Below, one piece after another: positions 29,596-39,150 of a stretch of 64,000 bases of DNA (position 1 is the first letter of the stretch; each line of letters starts with the position of its first letter). Origin of the DNA: Deltaproteobacteria bacterium (GTDB lineage Bacteria > Myxococcota_A > UBA9160 > SMWR01). The translations under genes were made by a program, and so were the position numbers. The DNA is taken from NCBI GenBank assembly GCA_019310965.1, contig JAFDDG010000008.1, forward strand, positions 2,153 through 66,152, in the 5' to 3' direction. Below the pieces are notes generated by a model that worked only from the letters and a program-made list of their open reading frames with translations, ran no database searches and was not told the DNA's origin.

Positions 29596-30837
29596 GTGCC
29601 CATCTACAGCTACAGGGGAGTCGATGGCGCGGGCAAGAAGACCCGCGGTCAGCTGGACGCCGAGAGCCCGCGCAGCGCGCGCTCGAAGCTCCGGCGCGAC
29701 GGCGTCTTCGTCACCGACTTCCAGGAAACCGGCGCCGAGACACTGCAGGCCGCCGAGGGGGCGCCGCGCTTCAACATCAACGTCTCGCTGCCTTCGCTGC
29801 GGCGCATCGGCGCCCTGGACCTCGCAATGATGACTCGCCAGGCGGCGACGTTGGTCGGGGCGGGCATCCCGTTGGTGGGTGCTCTGGGCGCGCTCACCGA
29901 GCAGACCGAGCACCCGCGCCTGAAATCGGTGCTCGGTCAGGTGCGCGATCGCGTGAACGAAGGCGCCTCTCTGGGCGACGCCATGGCCGCCACCGGCGCC
30001 TTCTCGGGCCTCTACGTGAGCATGGTGCGGGCCGGCGAGGCCGGTGGCGCACTCGAGATCGTGCTGGAGCGACTCGCCGATTATCTCGAGTCCCAGGTGC
30101 GGCTGAAGAACAAGGTCTCGTCGATCATGATCTACCCGAGCGTGATGCTGGCTTTCGCCGGCTTCGTGGTGGGCGTGCTCGTCACCGTCGTGCTGCCGCA
30201 GATCACCACGCTCCTCAACACCCTCGACCAGCCCCTGCCCTTCTACACGCGCTGGATCATCAACGGGTCGGAGTTCGCGCGGGAGTGGTGGTGGGCGATC
30301 CTCCTGTGCCTGCTGCTGAGCCTCGTGGCGATCCGCAGCGCGATCTCGACCCGCCGCGGCCGCGCCTTCTGGGATCAACTCAAGCTCTCGCTGCCGGTGG
30401 TCGGACGCGCCACGCGACTCATCGCCATCGCCCGCTTCACGCGCACACTCGCCACATTGCTGTCCGGCGGGCTCCCGATCACGCGGGCGTTGGAGACCGC
30501 CAAGGACGTGGCCAACAACGTGGTACTGGGCCGCGCCATCGACAAAGCCCGGGTGAGCATCACCGAGGGCGCCAGCCTGGCGCGTCCCTTGCGCGAGAGC
30601 GGCGAGTTTCCGCCGATGGTCACCCACATGATCGACGTGGGCGAGCAGAGCGGCCGGCTCGACCCGATGCTCTCGAAGATCGCAGACACCTACGACGAGC
30701 AGGTGGAGACGCTGGTCACGCGGCTCACCGCGCTGCTCGAACCGATCCTGATTCTCATCATGGTGGGGATCGTCGTCGTGATCATTCTGGCGACGCTGGT
30801 TCCCCTGCTCAACGTCACGACCTCGCTGGGAGGCTAG
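29596..30837 (+). CDS. gspF: Type II secretion inner-membrane platform protein GspF
   Basis: IYSYRGVDGAGKKTRG start, two GspF/PilC repeats, three TM segments. In-frame GTG 29596 inside artefactual ORF 29338..30837. Confidence 0.9.
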   Translation: MPIYSYRGVDGAGKKTRGQLDAESPRSARSKLRRDGVFVTDFQETGAETLQAAEGAPRFNINVSLPSLRRIGALDLAMMTRQAATLVGAGIPLVGALGALTEQTEHPRLKSVLGQVRDRVNEGASLGDAMAATGAFSGLYVSMVRAGEAGGALEIVLERLADYLESQVRLKNKVSSIMIYPSVMLAFAGFVVGVLVTVVLPQITTLLNTLDQPLPFYTRWIINGSEFAREWWWAILLCLLLSLVAIRSAISTRRGRAFWDQLKLSLPVVGRATRLIAIARFTRTLATLLSGGLPITRALETAKDVANNVVLGRAIDKARVSITEGASLARPLRESGEFPPMVTHMIDVGEQSGRLDPMLSKIADTYDEQVETLVTRLTALLEPILILIMVGIVVVIILATLVPLLNVTTSLGG

Positions 30838-30845
30838 GAGAAAGC

Positions 30846-31301
30846 ATGCACAATCGACACACGAGACACGGCTTCACGCTGATCGAGATCATGGCCGTGG
30901 TGCTGATCATCGGCCTGCTCACCGGCGTGGTCGGTTTTCAGATCTTCGCCCAGGTCGACAAGGGCCGGGTGGTGGCCGCGCGCACGCAGATGAATATGCT
31001 CGAGGGCGGACTCGAGTCCTATCGCATGGACAACGCCCGCTTCCCCACCACGGAGCAGGGGCTGGCATCACTCTTCAACGCTCCGACGTCCGAGCCGACA
31101 CCGCGCAACTACCAGCCCGGCGGCTATCTGAAGGGGGGCCGCGAACCGGTGGACCCGTGGGGCAACCCCTATCTCTACGAGTCGCCCGGCCAGCACAACG
31201 AGCACTCGGTGGACATCTGGTCCTACGGCGCCGACGGCCAGGCGGGCGGAGAAGGCATCGACGAGGATATCGGCAACTGGTTCGAAGCCGAGGAATCCTG
31301 A
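30846..31301 (+). CDS. gspG: Major pseudopilin GspG
   Basis: Prepilin cleavage/methylation motif GFTLIEIMAVV. GspG core ...DPWGNPYLYESPG...DIWSYGADG. Confidence 0.92.
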   Translation: MHNRHTRHGFTLIEIMAVVLIIGLLTGVVGFQIFAQVDKGRVVAARTQMNMLEGGLESYRMDNARFPTTEQGLASLFNAPTSEPTPRNYQPGGYLKGGREPVDPWGNPYLYESPGQHNEHSVDIWSYGADGQAGGEGIDEDIGNWFEAEES

Positions 31302-31325
31302 CACCCGGCCCGGTCGGCGGAAAGC

Positions 31326-31922
31326 ATGCGACTCGCACCTGGACATCGCGGAGGTTTCACGCTCATCGAGATGATGGCCGTGGTGACCATCTTCGCGCTC
31401 TTGGCCGCGTTTGTGGCACCGCAGGTGGGTAGCGTCGGCGGTCGCAACCTGCGTCGACGTGCGGAGGACATCGGCGCTCAGATCCAACTCGCGCGCGAGC
31501 GCTCGGTGCTGACCGGCGCGCCCCACCGATTGCTCTTGGACCTCGAGAGCGGCGGCTACCGCCTGGAGTGGTGGGTGAGCGACGACCGAGCGAGCGGCGA
31601 CGAGCCCGCGGAAGAGGAAGAGCCCTCCACCCCCTGGAGCGCGAGCGCACCGATCCCCATGGCCGCACCGCGCCAAGCCGAACGCAGCTGGCAGCCGCTG
31701 CGCGGCAGGCACGGCAGCTTCGTCTGGATCGAAGAAGGTGTGCGGATCGCAGCTGTCGCGACGGCTGGCGACCGGATCGAGACCGGTGACGTCGGGATCG
31801 CCTTCGACAGCGACGGCACCACCTCTCCGGCCGAGATCCTTCTCGACGACGAGAACGAGCGTCGGCTGTGGCTGAAGGTGTTGCCACTGGCCGACGGGGT
31901 GCGAATCGAAGATGAGGAATAG
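31326..31922 (+). CDS. gspH: Minor pseudopilin, GspH-like
   Basis: GGFTLIEMMAVV prepilin motif. Position after gspG. Confidence 0.65.
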   Translation: MRLAPGHRGGFTLIEMMAVVTIFALLAAFVAPQVGSVGGRNLRRRAEDIGAQIQLARERSVLTGAPHRLLLDLESGGYRLEWWVSDDRASGDEPAEEEEPSTPWSASAPIPMAAPRQAERSWQPLRGRHGSFVWIEEGVRIAAVATAGDRIETGDVGIAFDSDGTTSPAEILLDDENERRLWLKVLPLADGVRIEDEE

Positions 31923-32472
31923 GACCAGCACAACGCTGGCACGGCAAGGCGGGTTCACGCTTCTCGAAGTGCTGGCAGCCGTCGCCCTGCTCGGCATCGT
32001 CTTCACGGCACTCGCGCGCTCGGCGTCCGTCGGCGTGCTGTCCGAAGGCGACAGCCGCCGCCGGCTCGAGGCATCGCTCGTCGCCGATTCGCAGCTCGCC
32101 GAGCTCGAGCTGGCCGCGCTGTCGGGCGAGACGCCGGAACTCGGCGTGACCGAGACGGAGCTCGACGATCTCTCGATTGTCATCGAGACCCAGCCCTGGT
32201 CGCTGCCGGAGTGGCTGCAGGACGAGAGCGGCGCCAGCGACTCGACGGTCTCCAGCGTTCTGGGGGACGGCACGGAGGGCAACCCGGGCGCCATCCGCGA
32301 GATCCGGCTGAGCGTCACGTGGTTCGACGGCGTGAACGAACGCAGCGTGGAGCGCGTAACCTACACGGTCGACTACGGCTCGGTGAGCGGCGCCGGCCTG
32401 CCGGGGGGAGCGAGCCTATCCGACATGGAGCGCACCCTACAAGACATCCTCGATGCTTCCGAGGAACGTTAG
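31912..32472 (+). CDS. gspI: Minor pseudopilin, GspI-like
   Basis: GGFTLLEVLAAV prepilin motif. Gene order. Confidence 0.6.
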   Translation: MRNRTSTTLARQGGFTLLEVLAAVALLGIVFTALARSASVGVLSEGDSRRRLEASLVADSQLAELELAALSGETPELGVTETELDDLSIVIETQPWSLPEWLQDESGASDSTVSSVLGDGTEGNPGAIREIRLSVTWFDGVNERSVERVTYTVDYGSVSGAGLPGGASLSDMERTLQDILDASEER

Positions 32473-32475
32473 GTA

Positions 32476-33498
32476 GTGGCGTTCGAGAAGCTCGCCAGGC
32501 GAGAGCGTCGCGGCCCGCCCGGATTCACGCTGCTCGAGGTGTTGGCGGTGGTGCTGCTCACCAGCATCGTCATCGGTTCCGTGCTCAACCACTACGTCAA
32601 CCTGAACCGCGCCATCGAACGCGCCACCAGCCAAACCGGCCGTGTGCGGCGCTCGGTCGCATTGCTCGACCGGCTGGCCCGGGATCTCGAGGCCGCGGTC
32701 CTCGTAACGAAGCCCGAAGACGTCGACCCGCTGTTCCACCCGTGGCGCTTCTACGGCGCATCCGAGCGCGACACCTCTGGCGCCGACCAGCTCAAGTTCG
32801 TCACCCGGGCTCGGCGCCCTCGGAACACTGGCCACGAGTCAGATCTCGAGGTCGTGGCCTACACCCTGCGCCACGCGGAGGATGGAGAGAGCTTCGAGCT
32901 GATGCGCTGGGCGTCACCACGCCTCGACGCTGCCCTCGACCCGGAGCTGCCGAGCGACGAGGCGGACGGCGCCATGTTGCTGGCCGACCGGCTCGCGGAC
33001 TTCGGGGTGACCTTCTACGACGCCACGGGCGCGCGCTTCGAAGAATGGGATTCGAGCCAGCTCGAGCAATCGAGCACGCTGCCGACCGCCGTCGAAATTC
33101 ACGTGGCCTTCGCGGACGCAGACGCCGAGGAGCCGGAGTACGAGGCGACCGCGGCGGATGGCTACAGCCGCAAGCTCGTGCTGCCCGTGCGCGAGCTCGA
33201 TCTGCAGGAACTTCTCGATCCGACCAGCCTCGTGAGCGGCGGCCAGGGCAACGCCGAAGAGAGCGAGGAGGCGGGCGACGAAGGGGAACTGCTAGCCGCT
33301 CAGCAATGCCTGCGCGGTCCGTGCGGCCGCTTGAGCGCTTGCCAGGCCATCGACTGCAACGCCGAGATGGGAAAGCACGGCAGTTCCACGGACACCGCCC
33401 TCGAGCAGACGCAGCGGACGAATATGAGTTTCTGTCAGTGGCGCGGGGCGTACTCGACGCTGCACCACCTGATCAAGAACCCGGAGTGCTTGCCGTGA
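32476..33498 (+). CDS. gspJ: Minor pseudopilin, GspJ-like
   Basis: PGFTLLEVLAVV prepilin motif. Size and gene order. Confidence 0.6.
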   Translation: MAFEKLARRERRGPPGFTLLEVLAVVLLTSIVIGSVLNHYVNLNRAIERATSQTGRVRRSVALLDRLARDLEAAVLVTKPEDVDPLFHPWRFYGASERDTSGADQLKFVTRARRPRNTGHESDLEVVAYTLRHAEDGESFELMRWASPRLDAALDPELPSDEADGAMLLADRLADFGVTFYDATGARFEEWDSSQLEQSSTLPTAVEIHVAFADADAEEPEYEATAADGYSRKLVLPVRELDLQELLDPTSLVSGGQGNAEESEEAGDEGELLAAQQCLRGPCGRLSACQAIDCNAEMGKHGSSTDTALEQTQRTNMSFCQWRGAYSTLHHLIKNPECLP

Positions 33499-34553
33499 GC
33501 CGCCGGGACGACCGACGCGGCGTGGTGCTCCTGGTGGTGCTCTTCTTCACGCTGCTGCTGGCAGCGTCGATCACCTCGTTCGTACGTCGCGCGACCGTCG
33601 ACTCGCTGGTGGCACGCAACCGGGACCACGCAGCCCAGGCAATGGCCCTCGCGCGCGGCGGCGTGCGCATCGCGCAGGCGCTGCTGCTCGAAGACCGTCT
33701 CGATGAGGGCACGAACGCGGTCGGTCCCCTCGACACGCACCTGGACCTCTGGGCCCGGATTGGCGACATGCCCTTCGAAGCCGGCGCCGGCCGGCTGCGC
33801 CTGCGGATCCAGGATGCCGGCGCGAAGTTCAACCTCAACGCACTTTTCGAAACCGACGATGAGGGACTCCGGACGCCACGCGCCGAGACCGAGTCGTTCC
33901 TGTTGCTCTTCTTCGAGAAGATCATCGATGAGCTGCCGCTGCCTCCGGGCGAGCGGGCCCTCTACGATGTGCGCGATCTCACAGCCAACCTGATCGATTG
34001 GGTCGATGGGGACGAGGTGAGGCGCCACGGAGGCGCAGAGGATGACTACTACCAGGCTCAGGATCCGCCCTATTTCGCCGCCAACCAGCCCCTGCTCGCG
34101 CTCGACGAGCTGCGCCTGATCGAGGGTTTCGACGGCCCGCTGGTGGAGGGCCTGGCGCCCTACGTGACGGTCTACCCCTACGCACCCGGCGGCTGCGGAC
34201 ATGCCGGAGTCGGCTGCGGCGTCAATCTGAACACGGCGCCGCCCCACGTGCTGGCGCTGCTCTTCTACGACGACGGCGTCGACCTGCGGCTCGCGGACGA
34301 AGACGTCGTGCGCGACCTGTTGGAGCTGCGCGAGGAGGGCTCCGGCGTCTGCGGAGCGGACCAAAGCCTGGACGGGTGCACGCCGATAAGCGAGATCGTG
34401 ACGAACGCCATCTTCCCGCCGCCGAGCATCAGCTCGCAGATCTTCATCGTCAGCGCCGAGGCCGAGGTCGGCGAGGTGCGACGCACGGTCGAGGCCGTGG
34501 TGGACCGCACCCGGCCGACGGAGCCCCGCTTGCTATCCTGGCGCGTCCGGTGA
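33495..34553 (+). CDS. gspK: Minor pseudopilin GspK
   Basis: N-terminal hydrophobic VVLLVVLFFTLLL, GspK-like core with VNLNTAPPHVLALL. GTG 33495 overlaps the gspJ stop (GTGA). Confidence 0.75.
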   Translation: MSRRDDRRGVVLLVVLFFTLLLAASITSFVRRATVDSLVARNRDHAAQAMALARGGVRIAQALLLEDRLDEGTNAVGPLDTHLDLWARIGDMPFEAGAGRLRLRIQDAGAKFNLNALFETDDEGLRTPRAETESFLLLFFEKIIDELPLPPGERALYDVRDLTANLIDWVDGDEVRRHGGAEDDYYQAQDPPYFAANQPLLALDELRLIEGFDGPLVEGLAPYVTVYPYAPGGCGHAGVGCGVNLNTAPPHVLALLFYDDGVDLRLADEDVVRDLLELREEGSGVCGADQSLDGCTPISEIVTNAIFPPPSISSQIFIVSAEAEVGEVRRTVEAVVDRTRPTEPRLLSWRVR

Positions 34554-34566
34554 GGAGGGCCAGCGG

Positions 34567-36129
34567 ATGCCCGTGCTGAGAAACGTCCTGGGCCTCGACC
34601 TGGGGAGTCACAGCCTCAAGGCCGTGGAGTTCCGCCAGAGCCTGCGGAGCTGCGAAGCCGTGCAGCTGCGCAGCCTGCCCCGGCCCGATTCCAGCACCGC
34701 CCTGCCCGAGCTGCTCCAGCGCTTCGTGCAGCTCCATCGCCTGCCCACGGACCAGATCGTGACCGCGCTGCCCGGCGACCAGCTGTCGTCGCGCCGCCTC
34801 TCCTTCCCGTTCGCCGAGCGCCGCCGGCTCGCAGCGGCGGTGCCCTTCGCGCTGGAAGACCAGATGCCCTTCGAGCTCGAAGATGTGGTGATGGACTGGA
34901 GCGTGGTGGCGGGAGACCGCAGCCACGCCGAGGTGCTGGCGGTGATCGCTCCGCGTGGCGAGGTCTCGGCGCTGCTCGAAGAGCTCGACGGCGCCGGCTG
35001 CGCGCCGCGCACCCTCGAGGCCGAGGGCCTCGTGCTCGGCAATCTATGCGCGGTGTTCGATCTGCCGGGGCGCCGCCTGCTGGTGGATCTCGGTCACCGC
35101 AAGACGAGCTTCTGCCTGCTCGTGGACGAACAGGCCGTGGCCGCACGCAGTGTGCCCGTGGGCGGCGCTGCGATCACCGAAGCGCTGGCGGCAGACAGGG
35201 GTCTCTCCCTGGCCGACGCCGAGCGCGCAAAGTGCGAAGAAGGCGTGTTCGGCTCCAGCCTCGATCAGGTCGGCCCCCAGACCGGCAAGGCGCTGGATCG
35301 CATCGCCCGGGAGCTGGTGCGCACCCTCGGCTCCATCGAAGAATGGCTCGGCGGCGCGCCGCTGGACGAGCTCACGCTCTTCGGCGGCGGCGCCCTGCTC
35401 GACCGCATCGACACTTTCCTGGCGGATCGCTCGGGAGTACCGGCCGCGCGGCTGCCGCTGCCGCGCGAAGGGCACGGCAACGACCTGGTGGCTGGCGGGC
35501 CACCCATTCTCTACGCGCCGGCCATCGCGCTCGGCCTGCGCGGTACGGCTCGGGCCCGCACGGCCATGAACTTCCGGCAGGACGAATTCGCAGTGCGCAT
35601 GGACGTCGGCCGCGTGCTGCACGAGTTCCGCCAGACCGCCTGGCTGGCCGCCGCCGTGGTCGCGCTGGCCTTGTTCGCGTTTGGCACCGGAACCTTCCTC
35701 GACGCACGGCAGGCCGCCGCGATCGAGCAACGCGCCGAGAAGCTCTGGATCGAAGCCTTCGCGAACGATCCGGTGCCGCACAGCGTGGCGACCGGGCTGC
35801 GCGAAAAGATCGGCGAGGCTCGGGAACGCGCCGACTTCCTGGGTGTGTACCGCGGCAATCTATCCGCCCTCGACCTCCTGGTGGAGATCTCGAAGCGGGT
35901 GCCGCAGAACCTCGACATTGCGCTCGAAGACATCTCCATCGACCGCCAATCGGTGCGCATGCGCGTGAAAGCGAAGAACTTCGAGGCCGCGGATCGGCTC
36001 GGCGCGGAGCTCCAGAGTTTCGAACCCTTCGCCAGCACGAAAATCGGCTCCATCGAGACCGACTCGCGCACCGGGAGCAAGCGCTTCAGCGTCACCATCA
36101 GCCTGAAACCGCCGGAGGCCCGCCCGTGA
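34567..36129 (+). CDS. gspL: GspL-like assembly protein (PilM-type actin-like N-domain, TM, periplasmic domain)
   Basis: VLGLDLGSHSLKAV actin-fold start, single TM (TAWLAAAVVALALFAF), C-terminal periplasmic domain. Gene order. Confidence 0.65.
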   Translation: MPVLRNVLGLDLGSHSLKAVEFRQSLRSCEAVQLRSLPRPDSSTALPELLQRFVQLHRLPTDQIVTALPGDQLSSRRLSFPFAERRRLAAAVPFALEDQMPFELEDVVMDWSVVAGDRSHAEVLAVIAPRGEVSALLEELDGAGCAPRTLEAEGLVLGNLCAVFDLPGRRLLVDLGHRKTSFCLLVDEQAVAARSVPVGGAAITEALAADRGLSLADAERAKCEEGVFGSSLDQVGPQTGKALDRIARELVRTLGSIEEWLGGAPLDELTLFGGGALLDRIDTFLADRSGVPAARLPLPREGHGNDLVAGGPPILYAPAIALGLRGTARARTAMNFRQDEFAVRMDVGRVLHEFRQTAWLAAAVVALALFAFGTGTFLDARQAAAIEQRAEKLWIEAFANDPVPHSVATGLREKIGEARERADFLGVYRGNLSALDLLVEISKRVPQNLDIALEDISIDRQSVRMRVKAKNFEAADRLGAELQSFEPFASTKIGSIETDSRTGSKRFSVTISLKPPEARP

Positions 36130-36674
36130 AGGACTGGATCGAACGCTTGCGCGCCGCCTTCGCGAACCTCTCGGCTCGCGAGCGCGGCCTGGTCTCGGCG
36201 GTAGGCGGCAGCTTCGCGCTGGTCATCGTCTGGTTCGGGCTCGTGGCGCCCGCCATCGACGCCTCGGCGCGGATCGCCAGCCGGGTCGAGCGCAACCAAC
36301 GCGAGCTCCAGCTGACCCGCCACCTGCGCGTGGAGTACGACGAGGTGCAGCAGCGGCTGGCCTCGGTCGAGCAGCGCATCCAACAGGCGCCCCGCGGCAG
36401 TCTGCGCACTCGGCTCGAAAGTCTGGCCACGACGGCAGCGGTGAAGGTCGACTCGATGGAGCCGCAGGTGGCCCCCGCCGGCGACCGCTACAAGGAGACC
36501 AAGGTGGAGGTCACGCTCAAAAAGGTCGACCTGCCGCGCACGGTTCGCTACCTGCACGAAATCGAATCGACACCGGAGTTCCTCTCCGTAAAATCGCTTC
36601 GCCTGCGCGGCCGGCCCGACAAGTCCGGGCTGCTCGACGTCACGTTCACGGTCTCGTCGTTCGAGCCGCTCTAG
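36126..36674 (+). CDS. gspM: GspM-like protein
   Basis: Roughly 180 aa bitopic protein (TM SFALVIVWFGLV). GTGA overlap with gspL. Position. Confidence 0.6.
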   Translation: MKDWIERLRAAFANLSARERGLVSAVGGSFALVIVWFGLVAPAIDASARIASRVERNQRELQLTRHLRVEYDEVQQRLASVEQRIQQAPRGSLRTRLESLATTAAVKVDSMEPQVAPAGDRYKETKVEVTLKKVDLPRTVRYLHEIESTPEFLSVKSLRLRGRPDKSGLLDVTFTVSSFEPL

Positions 36675-36675
36675 C

Positions 36676-37503
36676 TTGGAGAACCGCACCACCGTCCTGG
36701 CCGTCGGCGCAGGCTGCTTCGTCCTCACGCTGATCTTCCTGCTGGCCGGCTTTCCCTACGACCGGCTCGAATCGCGGGGCGTCATGGCCATCGAACGGGT
36801 CGTCGGCGGGCGGATGAGCTTCGCGGAATCCGAGCAGGTTTTCGGACTGTCCGGTCCCGCCTTCGAGTGGCGCGACGTGCGCATCACCGGCGCCACGGCG
36901 CGCCCTCTCGACCTGGATCGTCTGCGCGCGCGCCTGGCCTGGTCGAGCAGCTGGCTGCGCGGGGTCCCGGCATTTCACATCGAGCTCGAGGGCCCCAACG
37001 GCAGCGCGGTGGGCGTCGTGAGCCTCGGCAGCCGACCCAGCTTGGACGGACGGCTCGAACAATTCGACCTGGCCGTGCTGCCCGACGACTGGACCGTCTC
37101 CGGTATCGACCTGCTCGGCCTGGCCGATGCCGAGATCGAGGTGACCGGCGGCGACCAATGGTTGGGCGAGGTGGCGCTCAGCGTGACGAACGGCAGCCTC
37201 AGCGGGGGCAGGTTCCGCAGCGGCGTGCCCTTCCACGAGCTGAGCGGCAAGCTGCAGCTTGCCGGTGACAACCGCACCGAGATCACATCGCTGCACGTGA
37301 CCGGCCCGCTGCTCACGGCCGATATCACGGGCAGCATCGGCCCAGCTGCCAACCCCGGCGAGGCACCTCTCGACCTCGCTGTCGAGCTCGATGCCGACCC
37401 GCGCGCGACCGGCCTGCTGCGCAGCTTCGGCATCCGTCTCCGCACGAAGGGAATCCAGCACCTGAAGGTCTCCGGCACCGTGGACGCGCCGAAGGTGCGC
37501 TGA
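36676..37503 (+). CDS. gspN: GspN-like protein
   Basis: N-terminal TM (VLAVGAGCFVLTLIFLLAG), 275 aa, last gene of the gsp block. Assigned mainly by position. Confidence 0.45.
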   Translation: MENRTTVLAVGAGCFVLTLIFLLAGFPYDRLESRGVMAIERVVGGRMSFAESEQVFGLSGPAFEWRDVRITGATARPLDLDRLRARLAWSSSWLRGVPAFHIELEGPNGSAVGVVSLGSRPSLDGRLEQFDLAVLPDDWTVSGIDLLGLADAEIEVTGGDQWLGEVALSVTNGSLSGGRFRSGVPFHELSGKLQLAGDNRTEITSLHVTGPLLTADITGSIGPAANPGEAPLDLAVELDADPRATGLLRSFGIRLRTKGIQHLKVSGTVDAPKVR

Positions 37504-37528
37504 AGCGCGCGCGCCGTATCCTTCCGCG

Positions 37529-38476
37529 ATGTCTGCCGAAGCTCTCCAACGCGTCTTCAAGACGCTCTCCGATCCCACGCGAGTGCGGCTTCTGGCTCTG
37601 CTCGAGAGAGAGGAGCTGGCGGTGCAGGAGCTGATGCAGGTGCTGGGCATGGCGCAGTCGCGCGTCTCCCGGCATCTGGCGATCCTGCGCGAGGCCGGGC
37701 TGATCCGCGACCGGCGCGACGGCACCTACGTCTTCTACCGTTTTGCGCTGCCCGGTGACGGGCCTTGGCGCGAGGCCTGGGAGCTGGTGCGCCGCGGCCT
37801 CGTCGGGGACGCCACCGCGACACGCGACACCACCGCGCTGGCCCAGGCCCTGGAAGCACGAGCGGCCCGAGCTCGCAGCTTCTTCGACGCGGTCGGCCCC
37901 GAGTGGGACGCACTGCGCAAGGTCTTCGACGACGACGCGCTGCGCGCACGGGCGCTGGCCCGGCTGGTGCCTCGCGGGTTGAGGGTGGTCGACATCGGCA
38001 CCGGCACCGGCATCCTCGCCCTCGAGCTCGCCCGCCTCGGCCTCGACGTCGTCGCCATCGACCATTCGTCCCGCATGCTCGAAGCCGCCCGCGCCAAGCT
38101 CGAGGAGGCCGGCGTCAGCGGCGTCGAGCTGCGCCACGGCGAAGCCTCGGCGCTGCCACTGGAGGACGCCGATTGCGACGCGGCCTTCGCCCACATGGTG
38201 ATCCACTACCTGCCGTCTCCGGCCGAGACCCTCTGCGAGATGTCGCGAGTCGTGAAGCCCGGCGGCCGCGTGGTGATCGTCGACTTCGTCGCTCACGAGT
38301 ACGAGTGGATGCGCCAGGAGCTCGGCGTGCACTGGCTGGGCTTCGACCCCGAGGCCGTGGCGGACTGGTTTCGCGAAGCGGGGCTCTCGGACTTCCGCCT
38401 CGAGGTCCACGCCGGCCTCTCCTCCGGGCGCGATCTGCCCGCCAGCTTCATCGCCTCGGGAACCCGCAACGCTTGA
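37529..38476 (+). CDS. ArsR/SmtB-family HTH fused to SAM-dependent methyltransferase
   Basis: LSDPTRVRLLALL...VSRHLAILREAGLI (ArsR wHTH), then VVDIGTGTGILALELA (methyltransferase motif I). Confidence 0.8.
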   Translation: MSAEALQRVFKTLSDPTRVRLLALLEREELAVQELMQVLGMAQSRVSRHLAILREAGLIRDRRDGTYVFYRFALPGDGPWREAWELVRRGLVGDATATRDTTALAQALEARAARARSFFDAVGPEWDALRKVFDDDALRARALARLVPRGLRVVDIGTGTGILALELARLGLDVVAIDHSSRMLEAARAKLEEAGVSGVELRHGEASALPLEDADCDAAFAHMVIHYLPSPAETLCEMSRVVKPGGRVVIVDFVAHEYEWMRQELGVHWLGFDPEAVADWFREAGLSDFRLEVHAGLSSGRDLPASFIASGTRNA

Positions 38477-39150
38477 TTCGCGCGGCGCTGTTCGACGCAG
38501 CGGGCACACTGATCGAGCTCGCCGAACCCGTCGGCGAGACCTACGCTCGCCACGCGGAGCGCCAGGGCCTCGCGATCTCCGCCTGGCGCCTGACGGACGC
38601 CTTCGGCCGGGCCTGCCAACAGACGCCCTTGCCCGTATCTCCTGCCACGGACGCGCCCGAACGCCGCGAGGTGGAGCGAGAGTGGTGGCGCGATGTGGTG
38701 CGGCGCACGTTCTTGGCAGCGGACTCGGAGCGGCGCCCGCCCGACTTCGACGCACTCTTCGCCGGGCTGTGGGACACCTACTCGAACGCCAGGCAATGGC
38801 GCACTCGGGCCGGTGCCCTGGCGCTGCTGGATCGTCTCCGCGAGCGCGGGCTGCGCACGGCGGTAGTCTCGAACTTCGACAGCCGACTCGGCGGATTGCT
38901 CGCCGATCTCGGTTTCGACGGACGCCTCGATGCGATCGTGCTGGCCAGCGATGTCGGGGCGGCAAAGCCGGCGCCGGAGATCTTCCACTTTGCCCTCGAA
39001 CGGCTGCACGTCGCCCCCCACGAGGCGATCTTCGTCGGCGACGATCCCGAGCGCGACCTGGCCGCTGCAGAGGCGGCGGGCCTGGTTGCCATCGACGCCA
39101 CCGCACTTGCTACGCTCACCGACCTCCGGCTACCAGAAGGCACTGCATGA
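38473..39150 (+). CDS. HAD-superfamily hydrolase (subfamily IA, haloacid dehalogenase-like)
   Basis: Motif I LFDAAGTL, SNFD, AAKP, FVGDDPERDL. The TTG 38473 start (TTGA overlap) is tentative. Confidence 0.75.
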   Translation: MIRAALFDAAGTLIELAEPVGETYARHAERQGLAISAWRLTDAFGRACQQTPLPVSPATDAPERREVEREWWRDVVRRTFLAADSERRPPDFDALFAGLWDTYSNARQWRTRAGALALLDRLRERGLRTAVVSNFDSRLGGLLADLGFDGRLDAIVLASDVGAAKPAPEIFHFALERLHVAPHEAIFVGDDPERDLAAAEAAGLVAIDATALATLTDLRLPEGTA